From contig OY762897.2 of assembly GCA_963666515.2 (NCBI GenBank), forward strand, positions 3,424,001 through 3,488,000: DNA of 64,000 nt, read 5' to 3'. The notes below the pieces were generated by a model. The model was not told the origin of the DNA. It saw nothing but the letters and a program-made list of their open reading frames with translations, and did not search any database. The position numbers and the translations under genes were made by a program. This document shows, piece by piece, positions 50,248 to 59,181 of the stretch; within the stretch, counting starts at the first letter, position 1, and each line of letters opens with the position of its first letter. The DNA is from Candidatus Binatia bacterium. Lineage in GTDB: Bacteria; Desulfobacterota; Binatia; UBA9968; JAJDTQ01.

Positions 50248-52143
50248 TCAGGCTACGTCCGCGTGGCCGGCGACGTGAGCGACCAGCTCTTTGGCTCGTT
50301 GATGGATCCCGTCCGCGGTCAAACCGTACTTCTCCCTGAGCAGATCCTGGGGACCCTGTTCGATGTACCAGTCGGGCAAGCCCAGACACCTGGTCGGCAG
50401 GTTGATGATACCCTTTTCGGACAATAGTTCAAGAACCGCAGATCCGAACCCGCCCATGGCGGTCGATTCCTCCACCGTGAGAAGGCACTTGACCTCCTTC
50501 GCCACCGCTGCGATCAGGTCGCCGTCAAGGGGCTTGACGAACCGCGCGTTGATCACCGCGGCGGAAATCCCCTCCTGTGCGAGCCGTTCCGCGGCGGCCG
50601 CGGCCTGGTGCACCGTCACGCCGATGGCCACCAGCGCGATGTCCGTGCCTTCCCGCAGCAGCTCGCCTTTGCCCAGGGGCAGCGCCTGCGGCATCGGGTC
50701 CATGTCCACCCCGAGGCTGGAGCCACGGGGATAGCGGACCGCCGCCGGCCGGTCGTAGCTGATGCACGACTTGACCATGTGCTGCAGCTCGTTCTCGTCC
50801 TTGGGGGCCATGACCACCATGTTGGGCACGTGCCGGAGGTAGGCCAGATCGAACGCCCCGTGGTGGGTGGTGCCGTCCTCGGCCACGAGCCCGCCGCGGT
50901 CGATGCAGAGCGTCACCGGAAGGTTCTGGGTGGCGACGTCGTGGACCACCTGGTCATAGGCCCGCTGCAGGAAGGTCGAGTAGATGGGGATCACCGGCCT
51001 CATGCCCTGTGCCGCCAGGCCCGCGGCGAAGGTCACCGCGTGCTGCTCGGCGATGCCGACGTCGTAGAGCCGGTCGGGAAAGATCTTCTCGAACGCGCCC
51101 AGTCCCGTCCCCTCGGACATGGCGGCGGTGATGGCGACGATGCGCGGGTCTTCCTTGGCAAGCTGGATGAGCGTGTTGACGGCGATGGCGCTGTAGGATG
51201 GCGTGGTGGACTTCTTTTTCGGCCTCCCGGTTTCGCGGTCGAACGGCGAGCTGGCATGGAACCACACGGGGTTGTCCATGGCCGGCCCGTAGCCCAGCCC
51301 CTTCTTGGTAACCACGTGCAGCAGCGTCGGACCTTCGAGCTTCAGGACGTTCTCCAGGGTCGGCAGCAGGTGCTCGAACTTGTGCCCGTCGATGGGTCCG
51401 AAGTACCGGAACCCCAGCTCCTCGAACAACAGCCCGGGCAGCAGCAGCCCCTTGACCAGCTCCTGGGCCCGGCCGGCCAGCCGCTGCACCTGGTCGCCGA
51501 TGTGCGGCATCCGGCCCAGCACCCGTTTCGTCTCTTCCGTGATGCGGTCGAAGAACTCGCCGGTGATGGTGCGGTTCAGATACGCCGAGATCGACCCCAC
51601 GTTCTTGGAGATGGACATCTGGTTGTCGTTCAGGATCACCAGCAGGTCTCTTTTCGATCCCCCCGCCTGCTGAAGCCCTTCCATGGTCAGGCCGGAGGTG
51701 AGGGCGCCGTCGCCGACCACGCAGACGACTTGGTGTTTCTGCTGCCGCTGCTCGCGGGCCTCCACGAATCCCACCGCAGCCGAGACGCCGGTGCCGGCGT
51801 GGCCGGCGTTGAAGGTGTCGTACTCGCTCTCCTCGCGCTTGCAGAAGCCGCTCAGCCCCTCGAACTGGCGGATGGTGTGAAACTGTTCCCGGCGCCCGGT
51901 CAAGAGCTTGTGGGCGTATGCCTGGTTGCTGGTGTCCCAGACGATGAGGTCCCTGGGCGTGTCCAGGAGGTAGTGGAGGGCGACGGTAAGCTCGACGACG
52001 CCCAGGTTGGAGGCGAGGTGCCCGCCGACATTGGATATGACCGAGATGATCTCTTCGCGAATCTCCTCGCAGAGCTGCGGAAACTGCTCCGGAGAGAGCT
52101 TCTTGAGATCGGCCGGCCGGCTGATCATGCTCAGAATCGACAT
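50248..52143 (-). CDS. dxs: 1-deoxy-D-xylulose-5-phosphate synthase
   Basis: GGHLASNLGVVEL, GDGALTSG..NDN, GIAEQH and DGTTHHG motifs. Confidence 0.95.
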   Translation of the reverse strand: MSILSMISRPADLKKLSPEQFPQLCEEIREEIISVISNVGGHLASNLGVVELTVALHYLLDTPRDLIVWDTSNQAYAHKLLTGRREQFHTIRQFEGLSGFCKREESEYDTFNAGHAGTGVSAAVGFVEAREQRQQKHQVVCVVGDGALTSGLTMEGLQQAGGSKRDLLVILNDNQMSISKNVGSISAYLNRTITGEFFDRITEETKRVLGRMPHIGDQVQRLAGRAQELVKGLLLPGLLFEELGFRYFGPIDGHKFEHLLPTLENVLKLEGPTLLHVVTKKGLGYGPAMDNPVWFHASSPFDRETGRPKKKSTTPSYSAIAVNTLIQLAKEDPRIVAITAAMSEGTGLGAFEKIFPDRLYDVGIAEQHAVTFAAGLAAQGMRPVIPIYSTFLQRAYDQVVHDVATQNLPVTLCIDRGGLVAEDGTTHHGAFDLAYLRHVPNMVVMAPKDENELQHMVKSCISYDRPAAVRYPRGSSLGVDMDPMPQALPLGKGELLREGTDIALVAIGVTVHQAAAAAERLAQEGISAAVINARFVKPLDGDLIAAVAKEVKCLLTVEESTAMGGFGSAVLELLSEKGIINLPTRCLGLPDWYIEQGPQDLLREKYGLTADGIHQRAKELVAHVAGHADVA

Positions 52144-52177
52144 GATTCATCCTTCCATCGAGACGGACATGGGTATC

Positions 52178-52205
52178 TCATGATCACAAGATCATGATCA
52201 CAAGA
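52178..52205. repeat. Perfect 14-bp tandem duplication upstream of dxs
   Basis: TCATGATCACAAGA x2. Confidence 0.9.
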
Positions 52206-52392
52206 AAATTCTCACAGAGTTGGCATGGACTGTCAACAAACCGGACGCGCAAGCCGCCCGCGCCTCACGGTCTTGACCCGCGGTGCCGCGGAACGCTATA
52301 CAGATGTTTCCTGTTTTTCGGGCTGGGCGACTGCCGGCCCGTTTTTGTTCCCCAAACACGACTTTCACCAATCCAATTCAAGGAGCGATACC

Positions 52393-53523
52393 ATGGGAGA
52401 AGACATCAGCGATGCGGTAGCAGAGAAGACCAAGTTCACCTACGACCACTGGATGGAGGGCCTCGGACTTCCGATCCACACGGGGTATTTCATCGGCGAC
52501 CTTCGCACCTGCGACCTGGAGTGGTGGGAAGACCGCAAGTGCAAGGCGGCCTTCATGCAGCTCATGGGTCAGGAAGGCGTCACCGGAGCCTGGATCCAGG
52601 AGATCGCCCCGGGAGAGTCGAGTCCGCCGGTACGGTTCGCCCTCGATGAGGTGTGCTACGTGGTCGAGGGCCGGGGCACCACCACGGTGTGGCGCGACGA
52701 CAACGGCACCAGGAAGACCTTCGAGTGGCAGAACAACAGCATGTTCATCGTCCCCCGCAACTACCACTACACCATCAACAACATGCAGGGCGACAAGGTG
52801 GTGCGGCTGCTGCACTACAACTACCTGCCGCTGGCCATGTCCTCCGTGGGAGACCCGGAGTTCTTCTTCGACAATCCCTTTTCCGGCCAGGACGTCATCG
52901 CCTCCGAGGAAGGCGAGTTCTACTCCGAGGCCAAGATGGTCACGGATTCGGGCAAGTGGAACGTGTGGAACCGGCGCGTCTACTGGTACGGCAACTTCTT
53001 CCCCGACATGAGGGCGTGGGACAAGCTCGACGAGAACAAGAAGCGCGGCGCCGGCGGCCACAGCGTGTTCATCGAGTTCCCCAACTCGGAGCTTTCCTGC
53101 CACATGTCGGTGTTCGCGGCGCGCACCTACAAGAAGGCCCACCGGCACGGCCCGGGCCGGGTCATCGTCATCCCCGCGGGCGAGGGCTATTCGATCCTGT
53201 GGGAAGAGGGCAAGGAGAAGATCGTGGTCCCGTGGCACGAGGCCAGCGTCTTCGTGCCGCCCAACAAGTGGTTCCACCAGCACTTCAACGCCGGCGCCAC
53301 GCCCGCGCGCTACTTGGCCTTCCATCCGCCCATGCAGTTCCACGGCTACGCGGAGAAGGTGGAGGACCGGGCCAAGGACCAGATCGAGTACCCGGACGAG
53401 GATCCCTTCATCCGGCAGAAGTTCGAGGAAGAGCTGGCCAAGCGCAACACCACGAGCCTCATGCACGAGGAAGCCTACACCAACCCCGACTACGAGTGGT
53501 CCAAGGGGATGGGAAAACAGTAG
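52393..53523 (+). CDS. Bicupin-domain protein
   Basis: DEVCYVVEGRG and KKAHRHGPG...WFHQHFN motifs; AGGAG RBS. Confidence 0.85.
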   Translation: MGEDISDAVAEKTKFTYDHWMEGLGLPIHTGYFIGDLRTCDLEWWEDRKCKAAFMQLMGQEGVTGAWIQEIAPGESSPPVRFALDEVCYVVEGRGTTTVWRDDNGTRKTFEWQNNSMFIVPRNYHYTINNMQGDKVVRLLHYNYLPLAMSSVGDPEFFFDNPFSGQDVIASEEGEFYSEAKMVTDSGKWNVWNRRVYWYGNFFPDMRAWDKLDENKKRGAGGHSVFIEFPNSELSCHMSVFAARTYKKAHRHGPGRVIVIPAGEGYSILWEEGKEKIVVPWHEASVFVPPNKWFHQHFNAGATPARYLAFHPPMQFHGYAEKVEDRAKDQIEYPDEDPFIRQKFEEELAKRNTTSLMHEEAYTNPDYEWSKGMGKQ

Positions 53524-53550
53524 GTCCGAGGGAATCAGAGACGGCAAGCC

Positions 53551-55071
53551 ATGCACGACGACGCGGACAACCCCGAACACTTTCACCCGGGCCCCGATGC
53601 CATCGTGGAGGACATCGAAGGGGTCGAGATGTTCTCGCTCACCAGCGTGGGCATCGACATCGGCTCCTCGACCTCCCACCTGGTGTTTTCCCACCTGACG
53701 CTCCGGCGCGAGGGCGCCGGACTGTCGGCCCGGTTCCGGGTCACCGAGCGGGAGGTGCTGTACCGTTCTCCGATCATGCTGACGCCGTACAGCTCCGGGA
53801 CCCTCATCGACACGGCCAGGGTGGAGGACTTCATCCACGAGTCCTACCGCGTGGCCGGGTACACCCACGACGACATCGACACCGGCGCGGTGGTGATCAC
53901 CGGCGAGGCCCTCAACAAGGAGAACTCCCGCCCGATCCTCGAGTACTTCGCCAAGGACTCGGGCAAGTTCATCTGCGCCTCCGCGGGACCCAACCACGAG
54001 GCGCTGCTGGCGGCCTACGGCTGCGGCGCCGTGGACCTGTCCAAGTCCGCCAACGCCACCGTCCTCAACATCGACATGGGCGGCGGCACCACCAAGCTGT
54101 CGGTGATCCGCGACGGCACCGTCACCCAGACCGCGGCCATCAGCGTGGGCGCGCGCCTGATCGCCTTTGACGAGGACAACGTGGTGACGCGGGTGGAACT
54201 GCCCGCCACGTTCATCACCAGGGAGCTGGGCTCGCAGGTGGAGGTGGGTCAGACGGTCACCGACGACCTCAAGCGGGCGTTCGCCTCCTACATGGCCGAT
54301 TACCTCTTCAACGTCATCCAGGCGAAGCCGCTTTCCGACCTGGAGGAGCACCTGCTGGTGACCGACCTGCTGCCCGACTACCACGGCCTGGAAAGCATCG
54401 ACCACATCGTCTTCTCCGGCGGCGTCAGCGAGCACATCTACGACCACGAGGTCCCGTCCTACGGCGACGTCGGCCCGTTCCTGGGCAAGGAGATCCGCGA
54501 CCGCATCGACGAGCTGAACCGCGCCGACCTCGTCAAGGAGCCCGTCGAGGGTATACGCGCCACCGTCATCGGCGCCGGCGAGTACACGATCCAGGCCAGC
54601 GGCAACACCAGCTACATCTCCAGCGAGTCGCCGCTGCCGGTCTACGGCCTGCAGGTGGTCAAGGCGCTCATCGACGACGATTGCGACGTCCAGGGCACCA
54701 TCCGCACGGCGCTGGCCAAGTTCGACCTGGAGAGGTTCAAGCCGGGTCTGGCCCTGGCGCTGGGCCTGGAGGGCGTGCCCAACTACAAGTACATCCGGCG
54801 CGTGGCCGAAGGCATCGCCGCGGTGGTCAACGACGTGGACGAGTCGGCAGAGGGCGATCCCAACGTCTTCCTGATCCTCGACATGGACGTGGCCAAGTCC
54901 CTCGGCGGCATCCTCAAGGAAGAGCTGAAGGTCGCGCCCGAGGTCATCGCGGTGGACGGCATCGACGTGGGCGACCTGGACTTCATCGACGTCGGCAACG
55001 CCATGGGCGTCACCGAGGTCATCCCGGTCACCATCCGCTCGTTCATGTTTCCGGAGAGCCGGCTGGTCTGA
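53551..55071 (+). CDS. EutA-like reactivating factor (ASKHA ATPase)
   Basis: VGIDIGSSTSH, GAVVITGE, IDMGGGTTK, FSGGVSE and IRATVIGAG motifs. Confidence 0.88.
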   Translation: MHDDADNPEHFHPGPDAIVEDIEGVEMFSLTSVGIDIGSSTSHLVFSHLTLRREGAGLSARFRVTEREVLYRSPIMLTPYSSGTLIDTARVEDFIHESYRVAGYTHDDIDTGAVVITGEALNKENSRPILEYFAKDSGKFICASAGPNHEALLAAYGCGAVDLSKSANATVLNIDMGGGTTKLSVIRDGTVTQTAAISVGARLIAFDEDNVVTRVELPATFITRELGSQVEVGQTVTDDLKRAFASYMADYLFNVIQAKPLSDLEEHLLVTDLLPDYHGLESIDHIVFSGGVSEHIYDHEVPSYGDVGPFLGKEIRDRIDELNRADLVKEPVEGIRATVIGAGEYTIQASGNTSYISSESPLPVYGLQVVKALIDDDCDVQGTIRTALAKFDLERFKPGLALALGLEGVPNYKYIRRVAEGIAAVVNDVDESAEGDPNVFLILDMDVAKSLGGILKEELKVAPEVIAVDGIDVGDLDFIDVGNAMGVTEVIPVTIRSFMFPESRLV

Positions 55072-55663
55072 CCGCCATAGCCCGCACGAGACCGGCGCCA
55101 GCCAAATCCGCGGCCCGGCAGAACGCATTCGTTGCGCTGCCGGGCCGTTTTCGTTCGAGCGCCACCGGTGAGGCGCCGCCGGCGCACCGGAAGCCTTTCA
55201 CCTCGTTGAGCCAGTGGGGACGGTAGCGGTGCGAGCAGTCGCACGTCCCCATCGGCCCGCACAGGGCCTTGAAGGAATCGCCCTCCGTTCCCGCTTCGGT
55301 GGAAGTCCATTCCCAGACATCGCCGTGCTTGGTCAGGTTGCCGCCGTTGCATGCCGCCAGCCATTCGGCTGTCGTGGGCAGCCGCTTGCCTCCCGCCCAT
55401 TGGCAATAGGCCACCGCGTCGTGCCACGTCACCAGCACCACGGGGTCGGAGGCCGACCCTTCAGGGTGCGTGCCCTCCGTCCAGTGCTCCGGCGCGCCGC
55501 GGCCGGTGGCGTGGATGAACCGGCGGTATTCCTGGTTGGTGACCTCGGCCGGGTCAAGCACGTCGGCCAAGGCTTCATGCCCGCCCGCCAAGGCGGCGAG
55601 GACCAGCGCGAGGCTGAGGCAGAGAACCCGTGCGGTGGCGAATGAGCGAAGTCGGGAGTGCAT
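55043..55663 (-). CDS. Compact SUMF1/FGE-sulfatase-fold exported protein
   Basis: Signal peptide; EVTNQEY, PVVLVTWHDAVAYCQWAG, RLPT, GDVWEWT and GFRC motifs. Confidence 0.8.
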   Translation of the reverse strand: MHSRLRSFATARVLCLSLALVLAALAGGHEALADVLDPAEVTNQEYRRFIHATGRGAPEHWTEGTHPEGSASDPVVLVTWHDAVAYCQWAGGKRLPTTAEWLAACNGGNLTKHGDVWEWTSTEAGTEGDSFKALCGPMGTCDCSHRYRPHWLNEVKGFRCAGGASPVALERKRPGSATNAFCRAADLAGAGLVRAMAVRPAGSPET

Positions 55664-55777
55664 GGCGCGCCCTCCTGTTGCAAAGGGTCTATCTGACGCT
55701 TCTCATATCTGGTCCTCCCCGGCAAGGCGCACTGACGCATGGCGCGGACATCTTGAGACGGCGCCGACATCCGTAAA

Positions 55778-55805
55778 CGTCATTCCGGCGAAAGCCGGAA
55801 TCCAG
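55778..55805. repeat. REP-like palindromic element
   Basis: CGTCATTCCGGCGAAAGCCGGAATCCAG; ATTCCGGC/GCCGGAAT stem with a GAAA loop. Confidence 0.65.
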
Positions 55806-55915
55806 GGGCGGCGCGGCGCGGGACGGTACACATCGATCCGAGCCTGTGTTATGCAGGATGGATCATTTTCGGGCTTATCGCACTTCAATTTCAACAACCT
55901 TCCCAGAGGTGAGCA

Positions 55916-58144
55916 ATGGCGGAAACACACAGCGTGGGGGTCCCCACACCCCGCATCGACGGTGAGCACAAGGTAAGCGGCAAGGCCAAGTACGCGGTGG
56001 ACGTGACGTTCCCGGACATGCTCTGGGGCAAGATCCTGCGTAGCCCCATCTCCTACGGCCGCATCAAGAGCATCGACACCCGCAAGGCCATGCAGGTGCC
56101 GGGGGTGGTCGGCATCCTCACCGGCGAGGACGTCGCCGGGCTGCGCATCGGCCGGCGCGTGGTGGACATGCCCATCGTGGCCGACGGCATCGTGCGTTTC
56201 ATCGGCGAGAAGGTGGCCGCGGTGTCCGCGGAGACCGAGGACGCGGCCGAGGAAGCCGCCGCGCTCATCGAGGTGGAGTACGAGGAAATGGACCCGGTGC
56301 TCGATCCGGTGGAGGCCATGGAGTCCTCGGCGCCGCTGCTGCACCCGGACGTCCACACCTACAAGGGGCTGCCGCAGAAGCTCGACGGCCCCACCAACCG
56401 GGTGATCTACGTCAACTGGGAAAAGGGCGACATCGAGAAGGGGTTCGAGGAGGCGGACGTCATCGTCGAGAACACCTTCACCACGCCCAAGGTCCACCAA
56501 GCCTACATCGAGCCCCATTCCTGCGTGGCCAGGACCGACCCGGAGACGGGCGCGGCCGAGATCTGGGCGTGCAGCAAGGTGCCCTACGGCATCCGCGGCC
56601 AAGTAGCCGCCGCGGTGCAGGTGGACCCCGAGTCCATCGTGGTGCATCCCTGCTACATCGGCGGCGACTTCGGCGGCAAGGGCGACTTCATGGACATCGC
56701 CCTGTGCTACTCGCTGTCGAAGAAGAGCGGCGGACGGCCGGTGAAGATCGTCATGGACTATGACGAGGAGTTCATCGCCGGCAACCCGCGCCACGCTTCC
56801 ATCATCAAGGTCCGCACCGGCGCCAAGAAGGACGGCACCATCACCGCCCATCACATGGACTTCATCTTCGACACCGGCGCCTACTGCGCGTTCAAGCCCA
56901 ACGGCATCCTCGGCGGACCGCAGAAGTCCCCCGGTCCCTACAACATGCCCAACACCTTGGTGGAAGAGCACATGGTGTACACCAACCAGGTGCCGTGCGG
57001 GCACATGCGCTCGCCGGGCGACCCGCAGGGCTTCTTCGCCAACGAGAGCCAGCTCGACCTGCTGGCCGAGGCGCTGGGCATGAACCCCGCGGACCTGCGC
57101 AAGAAGAACCTGCTGGAGGGGGTCCACGACTCGCCCGTGGGCGAGAAGGTCGACTACGTCGGCTCCAACGCGGTGTTCGACAAGGCCCTCGACGAGACCA
57201 GGTACTACGAGCCCCGGCCCAGGAACGTGGGCAAGGGCATCGGCTTGGTGCAGTGGTCGGTGAACGGCGGCAAGGGGCTGGTGCGGTTCCGGCTGGACGA
57301 CACCGGGACTCTGACCGTGTCATCGGCCATGCTGGACCAGGGCGTCGGCACCTTCACGCTGCTGGAGCAGATGGCGGAGCAGGAACTGAAGATCCCGGCC
57401 GAGAACATCCGGTTCGAGCACTTCGACACGAGCGCCGGCATCCAGGACTCCGGCTTGGGCGGCAGCCGCGGCACGAGGGTCTACGGCAACGCCGGCTACG
57501 ACGGCATCATGAAGACCCGCGACGAGTTGCTGGAGCACGGCGCCAACGCGCTGGACGCCCCCAGGGAAGACCTGGACCTCGCCGACGGACAGGTGGTGCA
57601 CAAGAGCGCCGGCCGCGGCATCAGCTACGCCGACGTGGTCAAGGCCAAGGGCTCGGCCATCGAGACCGAGGGGCTCTACGACGACACGTCCAAGGTGGCC
57701 GACGCCGCCATGTGCGCGCAGATCGCCGAGGTGGAGGTGGACCCCGAGACCGGCAACGTGGAGTTGAAGCGGCTGGTCACGAGCCACAGCACCGGCACCA
57801 TCCTGAACCCGCTCATGCACCAGGGCCAGATCGAAGGCGCTAGCATGACCGGCATCGGCTACGGCATGATGGAGCACCTGATGGTGGACGACGGCAAGGT
57901 CACCACCGCCAACTTCGGCGACTACAAGATCCCCACCATGCGCGACGTGCCGGAGCTGACCACCCTGCTTTCCGAGCACAAGCGCGGCCCCGGCCCCTAC
58001 AACAGCATGGCCATCGGCGAGACCGCCAACATCCCCACCGCGGGCGCCATCGCCAACGCCGTGGCCGACGCCTGCGGCGTCCGCATCATGTCGCTGCCGA
58101 TCACGTCGGAGAAAGTGTTCGAGGCGCTGAACCGGAAGAGCTAG
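55916..58144 (+). CDS. Xanthine dehydrogenase family molybdopterin-binding subunit
   Basis: HQAYIEPH, GGDFGGKG, GQIEG and IGE motifs; GAGGTG RBS. Confidence 0.93.
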   Translation: MAETHSVGVPTPRIDGEHKVSGKAKYAVDVTFPDMLWGKILRSPISYGRIKSIDTRKAMQVPGVVGILTGEDVAGLRIGRRVVDMPIVADGIVRFIGEKVAAVSAETEDAAEEAAALIEVEYEEMDPVLDPVEAMESSAPLLHPDVHTYKGLPQKLDGPTNRVIYVNWEKGDIEKGFEEADVIVENTFTTPKVHQAYIEPHSCVARTDPETGAAEIWACSKVPYGIRGQVAAAVQVDPESIVVHPCYIGGDFGGKGDFMDIALCYSLSKKSGGRPVKIVMDYDEEFIAGNPRHASIIKVRTGAKKDGTITAHHMDFIFDTGAYCAFKPNGILGGPQKSPGPYNMPNTLVEEHMVYTNQVPCGHMRSPGDPQGFFANESQLDLLAEALGMNPADLRKKNLLEGVHDSPVGEKVDYVGSNAVFDKALDETRYYEPRPRNVGKGIGLVQWSVNGGKGLVRFRLDDTGTLTVSSAMLDQGVGTFTLLEQMAEQELKIPAENIRFEHFDTSAGIQDSGLGGSRGTRVYGNAGYDGIMKTRDELLEHGANALDAPREDLDLADGQVVHKSAGRGISYADVVKAKGSAIETEGLYDDTSKVADAAMCAQIAEVEVDPETGNVELKRLVTSHSTGTILNPLMHQGQIEGASMTGIGYGMMEHLMVDDGKVTTANFGDYKIPTMRDVPELTTLLSEHKRGPGPYNSMAIGETANIPTAGAIANAVADACGVRIMSLPITSEKVFEALNRKS

Positions 58145-58265
58145 CCGGCCAGACCGCAATACAGAAGGGGCGGAACGGATTCTCGCAGCAATGCCTGCGA
58201 GGATACATTCCGCCCCTTTTGCTTGCGGCGTTCTTTACCTGTCCGCGAAGCAGCAACTTCAATAC

Positions 58266-59090
58266 TTACGAATCCAGTTCCGGCACGCGGCGCACGACTA
58301 CACGCCAACTCGGGTCTCTTTCAATGGGCTTGGGGGCGAAAACCGGGTCCATCGCCTCGGTCGGGTCAAGCTCAACCCACCCACCGGACAGACTGCCCAG
58401 CGTGTTTCGCATCGGCATGACCTTGTCGGAGTATCCGTGTCTCTCGAGCAGATAACCGAGGCGCCGAACCACTGACCTTGCAAAGATTTTTGACAGAACT
58501 GCCAGTTTTTCGGCGTCGATCTTGCCGGCAAGTTCGACCAATATCGGGGTCACGTTGTCGAGTCCGCCGACCGTAGGCGCGTAACGCAGCAGGTCCAGGG
58601 CCGTCAATTCCGGTGACGAAACCTTCATGTAGCCGGTAGCCGTCTTGTGTTCCTCTACCCCGCTCCAGATGCTCGCAAGGTCCCTGCGGTAGTGGAATGA
58701 AATCATGGCACGCCCCGCCCGCAATCTGGTTAGTTGCTTGTCGGTCACGACCTGGAACTCCATGATCGCCTGTGGGGATGAACCAAGCAAATCTGATGCC
58801 TGGACCAGCCCGACATAGTAGTCGCGTCCTGCGAACCGCATCAGGTCGTCGATGTACCAGGACGCAGGGGGTGCCCCCCACGCAAGAAACTGCGGCGGCA
58901 CGGTCACGTAGAAGCCGTGCCGGGGCTTGATCAAGCGCCCCTGTCGCTGGAGTCGCTCCGCCGCGTCGAGAAAGGCGCCGTGGCTGACCCCGATGGCCTG
59001 CATTGCCTCCTCGCTCGGGAACACGACACGACCGGACGCAAGTAGCCACGTCGTCCACAGCCGAAGAGATGTCTGGCGCTGCTTTAGCAT
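58266..59090 (-). CDS. Type IV toxin-antitoxin AbiEi-family antitoxin
   Basis: N-terminal wHTH (GFYVTVPPQF), YYVGL, FQVVTD, VSSPELTALDL and RRLGYLLE motifs. Confidence 0.85.
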   Translation of the reverse strand: MLKQRQTSLRLWTTWLLASGRVVFPSEEAMQAIGVSHGAFLDAAERLQRQGRLIKPRHGFYVTVPPQFLAWGAPPASWYIDDLMRFAGRDYYVGLVQASDLLGSSPQAIMEFQVVTDKQLTRLRAGRAMISFHYRRDLASIWSGVEEHKTATGYMKVSSPELTALDLLRYAPTVGGLDNVTPILVELAGKIDAEKLAVLSKIFARSVVRRLGYLLERHGYSDKVMPMRNTLGSLSGGWVELDPTEAMDPVFAPKPIERDPSWRVVVRRVPELDS

Positions 59091-59127
59091 ATTGAAATAT
59101 CCGCTAAATTCGCGGATATTTCAATAT
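59089..59127. promoter_or_regulatory. Perfect 16-bp inverted repeat at the abiEi start (autoregulatory operator)
   Basis: ATATTGAAATATCCGC-TAAATTC-GCGGATATTTCAATAT. Confidence 0.8.
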
Positions 59128-59181
59128 TATAATAGCGGGTTTGTCCATGGCCCGCTACATCAATTGGGAGGGATCTGAGCG

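Noticed and set aside
55043-55663. FGE-fold protein as a diversity-generating retroelement target
   Set aside because: No reverse transcriptase and no template/variable repeat pair in the window.
55916-58144. CO dehydrogenase (coxL) call
   Set aside because: The CoxL active-site motif and coxMS neighbours are missing.
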